Source: an uncultured Actinomycetota bacterium
Lineage (GTDB): Bacteria; Actinomycetota; Actinomycetes; Mycobacteriales; Mycobacteriaceae
NCBI GenBank assembly: GCA_963731715.1
Contig: CAVSXC010000008.1
Location: 240,312 to 304,311, forward strand
DNA: 64,000 nt
Direction: 5' to 3'
Every line of letters starts with the position of its first letter. Position 1 is the first letter of the stretch. Below the pieces are notes generated by a model, which worked only from the letters and a program-made list of their open reading frames with translations, was not told where the DNA came from and made no database searches. Shown one piece after another: positions 33,653-43,987 of the stretch. The position numbers were made by a program, and so were the translations under genes.

Positions 33653-34555
33653 CTAGGCGGTGGGGGCGGGCGGAACCGTCGTAACCGGCGTCGTGGGCGT
33701 CCCTTGACCGGTCGGCGGCAGTGCGCCTTCAGCGGGGTGACCGGAGCCGGCGTGCCCTGATTACCTGCGGGCATCGGCGTGCCCTGGGAGCCTGCGGGTA
33801 GCGGCGTGCCCTGGCTGCCTGCGGGAAGCGGTGTGCCCTGGCTGCCAGCCGGAAGCGGCGCTCCCGGTGCGGCTTCCGCGGACGCAGGCAGCGGCGCTCC
33901 CGGAGCAGCGGGTACGGGTGTGGCGGCGGGAGCCGCGGGAGCAGGGGTGGTTCCGGGAACCGCGGGAGCGGCCGCGGGCGCCGGTGTCGCCGGGGTGGCG
34001 GCTGGGGCAGGTGACGCTTGGCTGCGTGCCGGTGGCGTCCACTGGGTCCCGCCCTGGCTGCCGCGGCGTCGGCGCGGCTTGCGCCCACGCGAGCAGATCC
34101 TGATCGCCTGCGCTGTACACGACGGCGTCGGGTGCATCGCCGGTCACGTCGAAATAGACCTTCCCAGTGGTCTTTTGCCCTTGAGCGATCGTGGCCGGGT
34201 TAACACCTTGAGGCGTCGCAACCCCGAACAGGACACGGTAGGTCTCGCCGCTGCGGGCGCGCGCGTTCAGATTCGACACGATCGGGGTGGCTGAGCCTTG
34301 GAGAGCCTCGTCGGTAGCGGTGGCTTCCCACAACGTGCCTGCCACTGGGTAGGGGATCGCGTCGGAGCTGGGTCGCAGGTCGCTGATGGTCCAGCCCTGG
34401 ATGACGTTGCCGTCAACCAGCTTGGCCTGGCTACCGACGGTCGTCGTGGTGACATCCTCGGCGGCGGAGATGGGTGCGGTGATGAGGCCGACCGCTCCTG
34501 CTGTGGCGACGGTCGCTGCTGCGGTCAAGAGTGTGGTGGGCGTGTTGATCTTCAC
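33653..34555 (-). CDS. MPT63-family (DUF1942) secreted protein with Pro/Ala-rich tail (frameshifted)
   Basis: Signal peptide; QGWTISDLRPSSDAIPY, GTLWEATAT, TTGKVYFDVTG; tail ends ...PPAPTA TAG at 33653. Confidence 0.8.
33749..33867. repeat. 27-bp tandem repeat (4 copies plus a degenerate fifth) encoding PLPAGSQGT
   Basis: GG(C/T)GTGCCCTG recurs at 33749, 33776, 33803 and 33830, degenerate at 33857. Confidence 0.85.
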
Positions 34556-34854
34556 GGTGGTGTGCTCTCCTGAGTCGTCCGACTTGCGGCATCCCGTAAG
34601 GGATCGTTCACTGCAAAGGAAGTTATCAGGTTGGCGCGCGCTTGTGGACTGCGGACCGTTCGCGCTCTGGGACAACGCAATTCGACTGAACGGAGTGCGC
34701 TGCGGCAGCGTCGAGAAAGCGCCCCGGGAGCAATACGCTAACCGTTTGCTGATATGGCTTTCTGAACTGAGCCTGCGCTGGCAATCGGATCTGGTAACGA
34801 TTGCTCGATAGAGCAGCAGCAAGGCGATCGCTGTGCCGACTCGTTCGAACGAGG

Positions 34855-36722
34855 TCATCCTGGGCATTCGGGCACCGATACCACCGGAACGGGATTGTCC
34901 CGCAACGGCTGGACCGGAACGCGAGGCGCGCCAGGAACCGTCGGCTCGCTGAGTTCGAACTTCACTTCAACGGTTTTCCGTGGCAGGACGGCCAGCTGAC
35001 TTCGAATGATCGGGTGACCGCGTTCCACGCCTCTGAAGACCGGCACTTGGTGCCATTGACGAACGCACCCGTCAGCGCCGAACCCTTCGTCGCGAGAAGG
35101 GAAACCGAAGTCACGTTGGAACCCCAAGGGACGTCGCCTGGAAGTTGCCCCTGATCCCCCCCTGACCGGCAACGTAGTCAGGCAATGGCTGCTCGTTGGT
35201 CACGGTGTTCTGTCAACTGGACGGTGACGGTCGATTTCCGGGTCGATCGATTCACAGCCGTCGGCTGAGTACTCGATTTGTCTCGTCAGGTAGTAGTCGA
35301 GTTTGTTCCCGCGAGGTTGTTGATGATCACCGATGCATACGGTGCGGGATCGTCGGGGACGAGGTGTGCTAGCGGCGTCTCTTCGATGAGCTTCTGTTCG
35401 TCCGGCGAGGCACTCCACACGGCGATGCGGCCTTCGCCGACCGCTTTCCCAGCGCGTCGAGAAGCTGTCGCGGCGAGTCCAAGCTGCCCTGTCATCTTCT
35501 CTACGACTGCGCTGGCGACATCCTGGAGATATGCCTTGCGTGCGTCGTTGTCGTCAGCGAACCGGATATACGCCGTCGATTCGGTCAACTCGACCACGTT
35601 GTCTTTGGTTATCGTCTCGCCGTCTGGCATGGTGACCGAACCGACCGCGCCGAGGATGTAACTCAGCGCGACCGGGTCGATCGCTATGGCGCCGTCGACC
35701 GTCGTCCGGATTGCTGTTCCCACATGGACTTCCAGATTTGGCCGCATACGGGAAGTGGGAACTCGGAGTTGCCGTTCCGGAAATCGGTAGTGGGCTTGTT
35801 GGATCCGTATTGCTGTAATGAATTCCGTGCCGAGATCGAGGGGTGTAAATGCCTTATCCAGCTCAGAGTTTCGCCCCAAGCGATCCACGGTCGCAGTGCC
35901 GTTGTCGAATCGAAGAATGCCGAATCCGCCGAGTAGGCCGCCGGTGCCGCGGGCTTCGGCGTTCGTCTGAAACCCCATGAAGTAGCTGCGCGGGCCGTCC
36001 GCGCCCATCATCGAGGGCGCCAGACGCCCTGCCAGCGCTGTGTTTCGAGTAGTCCGGCAAGGTCAGAAGTTTGTGTTTGAAGCGCGACGCGCGTCGCGCA
36101 TGACGGATAGGTACTTGGGCTCTGAAATAGCCGTGGCCTGAGCGTTCGAGATCGTTGGCAGCCGTAGATATCTCGCTGAGTTTGGGCGCCTTGTCGCGGA
36201 GCAGTTGAACATCGACACGGCCGTTGCCGGCGAGCAATTGGTCAGGTGAGAGTGCTTCTCCGACATCTACAGAAGGCTGTAAGACATCCGACGCGAGACC
36301 CGCTACGACATCGGATATCTGTTGTCCCGTCTTGAACGGACTGCCCAGCCATGGCACGACCGAAGCGATGTTCCACGGCAGCGAATGAGTCGCGTCTTGT
36401 GCCTGCTCAGCATGGGATCGCGCGTCGTTTACCAATTTTCTAGCGTCCCCGACGTTCGCCTTTCGAGAGCGCTTCTTTCGCCTGCTGAGCGTCGCTGCGT
36501 GCCTGTTCGAGATTCGACTTGGCGTGCGTCAGCTTGAAAACCCAGCCAACCTCCGAATGCTACGACAACCAGTAGCAACAGCAGCCCCGCCAATGCGGCA
36601 CCCCGCCGGCCTCGAGGCCATCCGCCGTCTTGACCGGCGCCCTTCTGAAGTCGGATGAACCGTCGTCAGCCGGATTGTCGGTCTATCGGCGACCCTTGAT
36701 CGTCATCTTCCGTGTTTGCCAC
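34855..36722 (-). CDS. DUF4012-domain membrane-anchored protein (many frameshifts; may be a pseudogene)
   Basis: YFMGFQTNAEARGTGG, AIDPVALSYILGAVG, GNKLDYYL and N-terminal TM pieces across ORFs 35863-36435, 35286-36011, 35200-35418 and 34855-35172. Confidence 0.7.
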
Positions 36723-36832
36723 GCAAACAGTATCCCCCCCGCTGAAGTGGATTTTTCACAAATCAAGCAAACATTCTTCGAGAATCAAGCAACGTCGCCG
36801 AATCGATTTTCTGACAGCAACAAAACGACAGA

Positions 36833-36862
36833 ATCGACCGCTCGACGGGTCGAGCGGTCGAT
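36833..36862 (-). terminator. Intrinsic terminator-like hairpin
   Basis: Perfect inverted repeat ATCGACCGCTCGAC/GTCGAGCGGTCGAT followed on the minus strand by TCTGTCGTTTTGTT; downstream of the 37302 gene. Confidence 0.7.
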
Positions 36863-36896
36863 ATCTGCGTTTGAACTAGCTGGCGGGCGGTGCGCC

Positions 36897-37302
36897 TAGC
36901 GCCGAATGCGGTTACGTTGATCGCCGCCGTACAGATTCGTGCAAACTCGCATCAAGCCCCGAGAAGGCACAGAATTGCTTGCCAGTAGTCCCAGAGCCGC
37001 CCAGACCGGATCGAGGAAACGCGAGAGCATCGGCGTAAGGACCGGAAAGTCGATGTGCACAGAGTCAGTCCCGCCGGAAGGCGCTCGAGTTAGAGTAGGG
37101 GAGCCGAAATCCGGAAGGAAGCTGATCTCAGGCAGGCTGCTGAGGCCACTACCTCAGGCAACGGTCGAGCACCTGCGTCACCGGCGCCGTTGGCACCGAT
37201 ATTTCGGGCGCCGCCTGCGCGGACGATCGGCATCATCGTCGCAGCAGCCGCAATCGCGAATGCGGCAGTTCCGGTCTGAAGCCTCATAGCAATCGCGTTC
37301 AT
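36897..37302 (-). CDS. Hypothetical secreted protein (frameshifted; 3' end approximate)
   Basis: GGGGGAG RBS, then MNAIAMRLQTGTAAFAIAAAATMMP signal peptide. Confidence 0.45.
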
Positions 37303-37702
37303 CGCTCCCCCTGCCTTTCATCATGTGGAGTCCCTGCTAGCCTCGCAGACTCTTGTGCAGCCTGTCAACCTCTATCTTCAATGAGATTCCGGGATTGCTA
37401 GCAACTCCTGTCCGCCGTTCGGACGATGCGATTCGACGACTCCGTCAGCGAACTTGAATGCAAGATTCGACATCGGGTCAGTGGACTTAACCGAACACGA
37501 GCCCGGCCAACGTGAGGCGCAGGTCCGGCAAACGCGGGGTGACGGAAATCACAAGGTCAATCCCCCGCGTGGTCCGCAACTGCAAATGGACGCCGTTGGT
37601 CGTTACCGTGGCGAATTTGCTCGAAGTTGACTTTGCAAAGATAAGGTCGGCTACATGCCTCGCGGACCGGGACAGACGGAGCTAGCCTAGCACGGTGGTT
37701 TT

Positions 37703-38562
37703 CTATGCGGGAATCAGCTCCACACCGGCCAGCGCGACCGCGTCATCGCGTTCGGGCGCGGTGACGACGGCGGCGAAGCCGTCGCCCTCTTTCCAGATGC
37801 TGGCCTTCAGCGTCTCGCCGGGGAACACCACGCCGGCGAACCGGGCGCCGTAGCTGCCGACCCGCGAGGCGTCGCCGTCGAGCAGGCGTCCACCATCGCC
37901 TTGCACGTCATGCCGTAGGTGCACAGCCCGTGCAGGATCGGGCGCGGAAACCCCGCTGCCGCAGCGAATTCCGGGTCCGAGTGCAGCGGATTGCGGTCGC
38001 CGCACATCCGGTACAGCAGCGCCTGCTGCGGCGACACCGGAATGGAGAGCTCGAAATCCGGTGCGCGCTCGGGCGGTTCCGATGACGTCGACGGACCGCG
38101 CTCGCCGCCGAAGCCGCCCTCGCCGCGGGCGAAAATCGACCGCTTCTGCGTCCACAACGGCGTGCCGTCCGGCGCGGTGACCGTCGTCTCCGACCAGATC
38201 ACCGCGGCCTTGCCCTTGTCCCAGATGTCGGTGAACTTGGTGACCGCGCGGCCGGTGCCCGACGGCGGGATCGGGCCCGGCACGGAGACCGCTTCGCTGG
38301 CGTGCAGCACCCTGGAGAGCTCGATGTCGATGCCGGGGAACTTCACCGACGGCGGCTCGGTCATGTGGAAGCTCTGCGCGACATTGCCGAACGTCGGCAG
38401 CACCTGCGGGGTGTCGTCGACGAGGTAGCGCAGCTCTCGCGGGTCCATCGGGTCGGAACCCGCGCCCAGCCCGAGATGGTAGAGCTGGATATCGCTACTG
38501 GTCCACGAGAATTCGATGGGCTCGAGTTCGGCGCCCAGCGCCTCGTCCAGATTGATCGGCAT
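37703..38562 (-). CDS. hsd4B: Double-hotdog MaoC hydratase Hsd4B/ChsH3 (Rv3538 ortholog), frameshift near 37890
   Basis: YRMCGDRNPLHSDP hydratase-2 motif, ILHGLCTYG; C-terminus FAGVVFPGETL in another frame. Confidence 0.88.
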
Positions 38563-40244
38563 CAGCTCTTCCCCGCAATGTGTAGCGCCGCCAGGTACCC
38601 GAACGTCATCGCCGGACCGATCGTCCCGCCGGGTCCCGGGTACGTGTGACCCATCACCGGCGCGCTGACGTTGCCCGCAGCGTACAACCCGTCGATCACC
38701 GAACCGTCGTCGCGCAGCGCGCGGCCGTGCACGTCGGTGCGGATGCCGCCCTTCGTGCCGAGGTCGCCGGGCACCATCTTGGCCGCGTAGTACGGCGCAT
38801 GGCTGATCTCGCCGAGGTTCGGGTTCGGCTTGTTGGTCGGGTCGCCGTAGTAGCGGTCGTAGGCGCTCTCGCCGCGGTGGAAGTCCTCGTCGGTTCCCGA
38901 TCGGGCGAAGCCGTTGAACCGCTCCACCGTCGCCTTCAACTCGTCGACGGGCAGCCCGGCCTTGGCCGCCAGCTCCTCAAGCGTGTCGGCCTTGACGATG
39001 ACGCCGGACTCCAGCCACTTCTTCGGAATGCGTTGTCCCGGTTGCAGTCCCGCGAAGATGTAGCGGTCGCGGTACTGCTGGTCGAACACCAGCCAGGCCG
39101 GGATGTTCTCGCCGGGGCCGGGGCCCTGTCCGTATGCGCCGCCGTACATGTGGTGGCACGCCTCGACGTACGGCATGGACTCGTTCATGAATCGCTTGCC
39201 CGCCATGTTGACGATGATCGAGCCGGGGGAGTTGCGCTCGGACAGCGCGAACCACGGCGCGCCGACCAGCGGCACCGTCGGGCCCCACCACGCGTCTTCC
39301 ATGATGTCCAGCGCGGCGCCCAGCTTCTCGGCGGCGATGATGCCGTCGCCGGTGTTGGCCTTGGCGCCGACCGTCCACTCGGTGGTGATCGGTGCACGCT
39401 GGTACTTCACCCGCATCTGCTCGTTGTGCTCGAATCCGCCAGCGCCCAGGATGACGCCGCGGCGCGCCCGGATCAGTTCGGGCTCAGCCGATTCCGGCGC
39501 ATTCGTGTCGCGGACATAGATGCCACGGACCACGCCGTCCTCGACATAGAGATCGGTGAACGCGGTGTTCAGCCGAACCGGGACACCCGCCTCCTGCAGG
39601 CCGATCCGCAGCGGCGCGATCAACGCCCGCCCCATGCCGACGAGGTTCTTGCCCGTCGCCTTGGCCCACATGGTGCGGGCGCCGACCTTCAGGCTGCGCA
39701 GCACACCACGCGGATGGCGCTTGAGCTGGTTGAGCCGGACGTAATCCTGCTGCATCACAACGACATTGAGCGGGACCTTGCCGTACGGCGGCTCGAGGCC
39801 TGCCAGATCCGCGCCGAGCTTGCGGGCGTTGAACGGCTTGGGCTCGATCGACCGGCCGCCGGGCCGGCCGCCCGGCGTCTCGGGGTAGTAGTCGGAGTAG
39901 CCGGGCACCCAGCACATCTTCAGCGGCGAGTTCTTCAGCACGAAGGACAGCATCTCGGGGCCGCGGTCGAGGTAGGTGTCGATGCGCTCTGGCTCGACCA
40001 CGTCGCCGATGATCGTGTGCAGGTACTTGCGGGCGGCCTCGGGCGTGTCGGTGACGCCGTCGCGCTTGAGGACCTCGTTGTTCGGGATCCACACGCCGCC
40101 GCCTGACCGCGCAGTGGAACCGCCATAGTGCGCAGCCTTCTCGACGACTACTGTGGATAGTCCCTGGTGGGCCGCGGTGAGGGCGGCGACCATGCCGGCG
40201 GCGCCGCTTCCCACCACGACGACGTCGTACTCCTGACCCGTCAT
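38562..40244 (-). CDS. kstD: 3-ketosteroid Delta1-dehydrogenase KstD
   Basis: VVGSGAAG, GGSTARSGGG, GDLGTKGG, YPGPGGTIGPAM. Confidence 0.95.
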   Translation of the reverse strand: MTGQEYDVVVVGSGAAGMVAALTAAHQGLSTVVVEKAAHYGGSTARSGGGVWIPNNEVLKRDGVTDTPEAARKYLHTIIGDVVEPERIDTYLDRGPEMLSFVLKNSPLKMCWVPGYSDYYPETPGGRPGGRSIEPKPFNARKLGADLAGLEPPYGKVPLNVVVMQQDYVRLNQLKRHPRGVLRSLKVGARTMWAKATGKNLVGMGRALIAPLRIGLQEAGVPVRLNTAFTDLYVEDGVVRGIYVRDTNAPESAEPELIRARRGVILGAGGFEHNEQMRVKYQRAPITTEWTVGAKANTGDGIIAAEKLGAALDIMEDAWWGPTVPLVGAPWFALSERNSPGSIIVNMAGKRFMNESMPYVEACHHMYGGAYGQGPGPGENIPAWLVFDQQYRDRYIFAGLQPGQRIPKKWLESGVIVKADTLEELAAKAGLPVDELKATVERFNGFARSGTDEDFHRGESAYDRYYGDPTNKPNPNLGEISHAPYYAAKMVPGDLGTKGGIRTDVHGRALRDDGSVIDGLYAAGNVSAPVMGHTYPGPGGTIGPAMTFGYLAALHIAGKS

Positions 40245-40245
40245 G

Positions 40246-40259
40246 TAGAACACGTTATA
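40246..40259. promoter_or_regulatory. KstR operator between kstD and hsaE
   Basis: TAGAACACGTTATA matches TnnAACnnGTTnnA, abutting the kstD ATG. Confidence 0.9.
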
Positions 40260-40317
40260 GAATTGCCCGGCCGACCCACAACCGTGCCGGTCGACGAAAC
40301 GAGGGGACTTCGCATCA

Positions 40318-41103
40318 ATGCTCAGTGTCCAGGTGCGTGAACAGCTGGCTGCCGACCTCGCTCAGGCCGAGCGCAGCCGCGTCCCGATCTCCCCGTTGAC
40401 CGACGGAAACCCCGATATCGACGTGGTCGACGCCTACGAGATCCAGCTGATCAACATCCGTCAGCGGGTCGCAGAGGGCGCCCGCGTGGTGGGACACAAG
40501 GTCGGCCTGTCGTCCGAGGCCATGCAAAAGATGATGAACGTGGACGAACCCGACTACGGGCACCTGCTCGACGAGATGCAGGTGTATGAGGACCGACCGG
40601 TCAAGTCGGCGAATTATCTGTACCCGCGCGTCGAGGTCGAGGTCGGCTTCATCCTGGCCGACGACCTGCCCGGTGCCGGCTGCACCGAAGACGACGTGCT
40701 GGCGGCGACGGCGGCATTCGCCCCTTCCATCGAGCTGATCGACACCCGCATCACGGACTGGAAGATCAAGCTGTGCGACACCATCGCCGACAACGCCTCC
40801 TCGGCCGGCTGGGTGCTGGGTGAGGCGCGGGTGTCGCCGAAGGACATCGACATCAAGACCATCGACGCGGTGCTGACCAACAACGGTGAGGTCGTCGCCA
40901 AGGGCCGCAGCGACGCGGTGCTCGGCAATCCGGTGACGGCGGTGGCCTGGCTGGCCCGCAAGGTCGAGGGATTTGGGGTGCGCCTGAAGGCCGGTGACAT
41001 CGTGTTGCCGGGCTCCTGCACGCGTGCGATAGATGCACCTCCCGGCAGCAATTTCGTTGCCGACTTCGCCGGGTTAGGTTCAGTACGACTGAGTTTCGAA
41101 TAG
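40318..41103 (+). CDS. hsaE: 2-hydroxypenta/hexadienoate hydratase HsaE
   Basis: GHKVGLSS, PRVEVE, DTIADNASS, AVLGNP. Confidence 0.92.
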   Translation: MLSVQVREQLAADLAQAERSRVPISPLTDGNPDIDVVDAYEIQLINIRQRVAEGARVVGHKVGLSSEAMQKMMNVDEPDYGHLLDEMQVYEDRPVKSANYLYPRVEVEVGFILADDLPGAGCTEDDVLAATAAFAPSIELIDTRITDWKIKLCDTIADNASSAGWVLGEARVSPKDIDIKTIDAVLTNNGEVVAKGRSDAVLGNPVTAVAWLARKVEGFGVRLKAGDIVLPGSCTRAIDAPPGSNFVADFAGLGSVRLSFE

Positions 41104-41121
41104 AGCTAAGGAAGTACGCAT

Positions 41122-42042
41122 ATGCCTCAGAAGGCCTCGGTCGCGATCGTCGGGTCGGGCAACATCAGCACCGACCTGCTCTACAAGCTGTTGCGCTCGG
41201 AGTGGTTGGAGCCGCGCTGGATGGTCGGCATCGACCCGGCGTCGGAGGGTCTGGCCCGCGCGCGCAAGCTCGGCCTGGAAACCAGCCACGAGGGTGTCGA
41301 CTGGCTGCTCGGTCTCGACGAGAAACCCGACCTGCTGTTCGAGGCCACCAGCGCCTACGTCCACAAGGACGCGGCGCCGCGCTACGCCGAGGCCGGCATC
41401 CGCGCCATCGACCTCACGCCCGCCGCGGTCGGCCCCGCCGTCATCCCACCGGCCAACCTGCGTGAGCACCTCGACGCCCCGAACGTCAACATGATCACCT
41501 GCGGCGGCCAGGCCACCATCCCGATCGTCTACGCCGTCGTCCCGCGTCGTCGACGTGCCCTACGCGGAAATCGTGGCGTCGGTGTGCTTCGGTTTCTGCG
41601 GGGCCGGGCACCCGCGCCAACATCGACGAGTTCACCAAGACCACCAGCAAGGGCGTCGAGACCATCGGCGGCGCCAAGCGCGGCAAGGCGATCATCATCC
41701 TGAACCCGGCCGATCCGCCAATGATCATGCGCGACACCATCTTCTGCGCGATCCCGGAGGACGCCGACCGCGACGCGATCGCGCAGTCCATCCACGACGT
41801 CGTCGCCGAGGTGCAGACCTACGTGCCCGGCTACCGGCTGCTCAACGAGCCGCAGTTCGACGACCCGTCGATGAACTCCGGCGGCCAGGCGCTGGTCACG
41901 ACGTTCATCGAGGTCGAGGGCGCCGGTGACTACTTGCCGCCGTATGCGGGAAACCTGGACATCATGACCGCGGCGGCGACGAAGGTCGGCGAGGAAATCG
42001 CCAAGGAGAGCCTCTGCCGCAGCAGCAGGAGGCCAGGCATGA
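41122..42042 (+). CDS. hsaG: Acylating aldehyde dehydrogenase HsaG (frameshifts near 41540-41600 and 42015)
   Basis: [39 protein letters not shown]. Confidence 0.9.
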
Positions 42043-43094
42043 GCACCGACATCTTCTTCAACCCGGTGTGGGACATCCGCATCACCGACACGTCGTTGCG
42101 CGACGGGTCCCACCACAAGCGTCACCAGTTCACCAAAGAGGAAGTCGCACGCGATCGTCGCGGCCCTGGACACGGCCGGCGTGCCGGTCATCGAGGTCAC
42201 CCACGGCGACGGGCTCGGCGGGTCGAGCTTCAACTACGGGTTCTCCAAGACGCCCGAGCAGGAACTGATCAAGCTGGCCGCCGAGACGGCCAAAGAGGCC
42301 AAGATCGCGTTCCTGATGCTGCCCGGCGTCGGCACCAAGGAGGACATCAAGGAGGCGCAGAACAACGGCGGCTCGATCTGCCGGATCGCCACCCACTGCA
42401 CCGAGGCCGACGTGTCCATCCAGCACTTCGGGCTGGCCCGCGAGCTCGGCCTGGAGACCGTCGGGTTCCTGATGATGAGCCACACCATTCCGCCGGAGAA
42501 GCTCGCCGAGCAGGCGCGCATCATGGCCGACGCCGGATGCCAGTGCGTGTACGTCGTCGACTCGGCCGGTGCGCTGGTGCTCGAGGGCGTGGCCGACCGG
42601 GTCGCGGCGCTGGTCGCCGAACTCGGCGACGACGCACAGGTCGGTTTTCATGGCCACGAGAACCTCGGGCTCGGCGTCGCCAACAGCGTCGAGGCGGTCC
42701 GCGCGGGCGCCAAGCAGATCGACGGCAGCTGCCGCCGGTTCGGCGCCGGCGCCGGCAACGCGCCGGTGGAGGCGCTGATCGGCGTGTTCGACAAGATCGG
42801 CGTCAAGACCGGCATCGACTTCTTCGACATCGCCGACGCCGCCGAGGAGGTCGTCGCGCCCGCGATGCCCGCCGAGTGCCTGCTCGACCGCAATGCGCTG
42901 ATCATGGGCTACTCCGGGGTGTACTCGAGCTTCCTCAAGCACGCCATCCGGCAGTCCGAGCGCTACGGCGTGCCCGCCCATCAGCTGCTGCACCGGGCGG
43001 GTCAGCGCAAGCTCATCGGCGGCCAGGAGGACCAGCTCATCGACATCGCGCTGGAGATCAAGCGCGAGCAGGAGCGCCGCAGCCAGCGAAGTAA
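42039..43094 (+). CDS. hsaF: 4-hydroxy-2-oxovalerate/hexanoate aldolase HsaF (frameshifts near 42148 and 43075)
   Basis: [28 protein letters not shown]. Confidence 0.9.
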   Translation: MSTDIFFNPVWDIRITDTSLRDGSHHKRHQFTKEEVARDRRGPGHGRRAGHRGHPRRRARRVELQLRVLQDARAGTDQAGRRDGQRGQDRVPDAARRRHQGGHQGGAEQRRLDLPDRHPLHRGRRVHPALRAGPRARPGDRRVPDDEPHHSAGEARRAGAHHGRRRMPVRVRRRLGRCAGARGRGRPGRGAGRRTRRRRTGRFSWPREPRARRRQQRRGGPRGRQADRRQLPPVRRRRRQRAGGGADRRVRQDRRQDRHRLLRHRRRRRGGRRARDARRVPARPQCADHGLLRGVLELPQARHPAVRALRRARPSAAAPGGSAQAHRRPGGPAHRHRAGDQARAGAPQPAK

Positions 43095-43131
43095 CGCCTG
43101 TCGGGCATCTGCGAATACCAGAGGGAACGCC

Positions 43132-43375
43132 GTGATGCGTGTTACCGGCGCGTCGATCCTGATTCGCAAACCCGAAGGACGCCAGCCAGGCCTTGATCGA
43201 GATCACCCGGCAGCCGGCGTTCGTGGCGGTCGGGCAGATCGACGGCTACTTCAACGACCACCCGGAGGAGGCCAACGAACTGCGGGCCATCCAGCAGCCC
43301 CTGGCCGCCTACAAGGACCGGTGCGGCCTGCAGGTGTCGCCGACCGACGCGCTGACGGTGCTCGCAGAGGTCTGA
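43132..43375 (+). pseudogene. Hemophore (Rv0203-like) C-terminal fragment; N-terminus missing or garbled
   Basis: [10 protein letters not shown]...[20 protein letters not shown]...RCG resembles the Rv0203 family; no room for a signal peptide after the hsaF stop. Confidence 0.55.
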
Positions 43376-43558
43376 CACCAGTCGCTGAGCCGACCTAAGT
43401 AAGAAATTCTGGGCTGCCCATTCGTGCGCTGTGCGCTGCGGCGACGCCGGCGCCGCCAGGACCGAGATCGCAGGGCCGGTGTTTAGACCTCCCCTGCTCG
43501 GGTTAGGCCATGGGACTGCGACAAATAGTCGCAGACCGAAGGAGTGATTTGATGACAC

Positions 43559-43969
43559 ATGTCCGCAACGACCGTGCGACGCGGCCTCTACGGCATGTTC
43601 GCCGGAGGTCTCTTGGCCTTTGGATCGGCGGCCATCGTCATGCCGGTCGCCGGGAGAATCCGACCCACCCCAGCACCTGCACGCAGAGTGGCATCGCGAC
43701 CACCGCGAGCTCCGTGTCGGCGGGCACAGCGGCCTATCTGGCGGCGCATCCGCAGACCAACCAGGAGCTGACGGACATCGCGAAGCAGCCGGTTGAGCAG
43801 GCCCCGAAGGCCTACCAGGCGTACTTCGAGCGGAACCCGCAGGTCGAGAACGAGCTGCAGGCGATCAACCAGCCGGCCACTGATCTGTCGACGCAGTGCG
43901 GCATCGCGGTGACGCCGACGCCGATCTCGGAGGTTCTGCAGGGGGCCTCGGGCTCGAGTAATCAGGTAA
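43559..43969 (+). CDS. Secreted hemophore-related protein (Rv0203 family), frameshift near 43655; 3' end approximate
   Basis: Signal peptide MSATTVRRGLYGMFAGGLLAFG; C...YLAAHPQTNQ...YFERNPQV...LQAINQP...QCG. Confidence 0.75.
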
Positions 43970-43987
43970 CGCGGGCAAGATGGGGCG

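Noticed and set aside
33749-33867. CRISPR-like periodicity
   Set aside because: Contiguous 27-bp in-frame coding repeats with no unique spacers and no cas genes.
41721-43398. Apparent hsaG-hsaF fusion and extended hsaF ORFs
   Set aside because: Explained by single-base indels; the canonical ATGA overlap is present at 42039-42042.
43480-43515. Possible IdeR box (GGTTAGGC) upstream of the hemophore
   Set aside because: Only the central half matches the 19-bp consensus and it is not palindromic.
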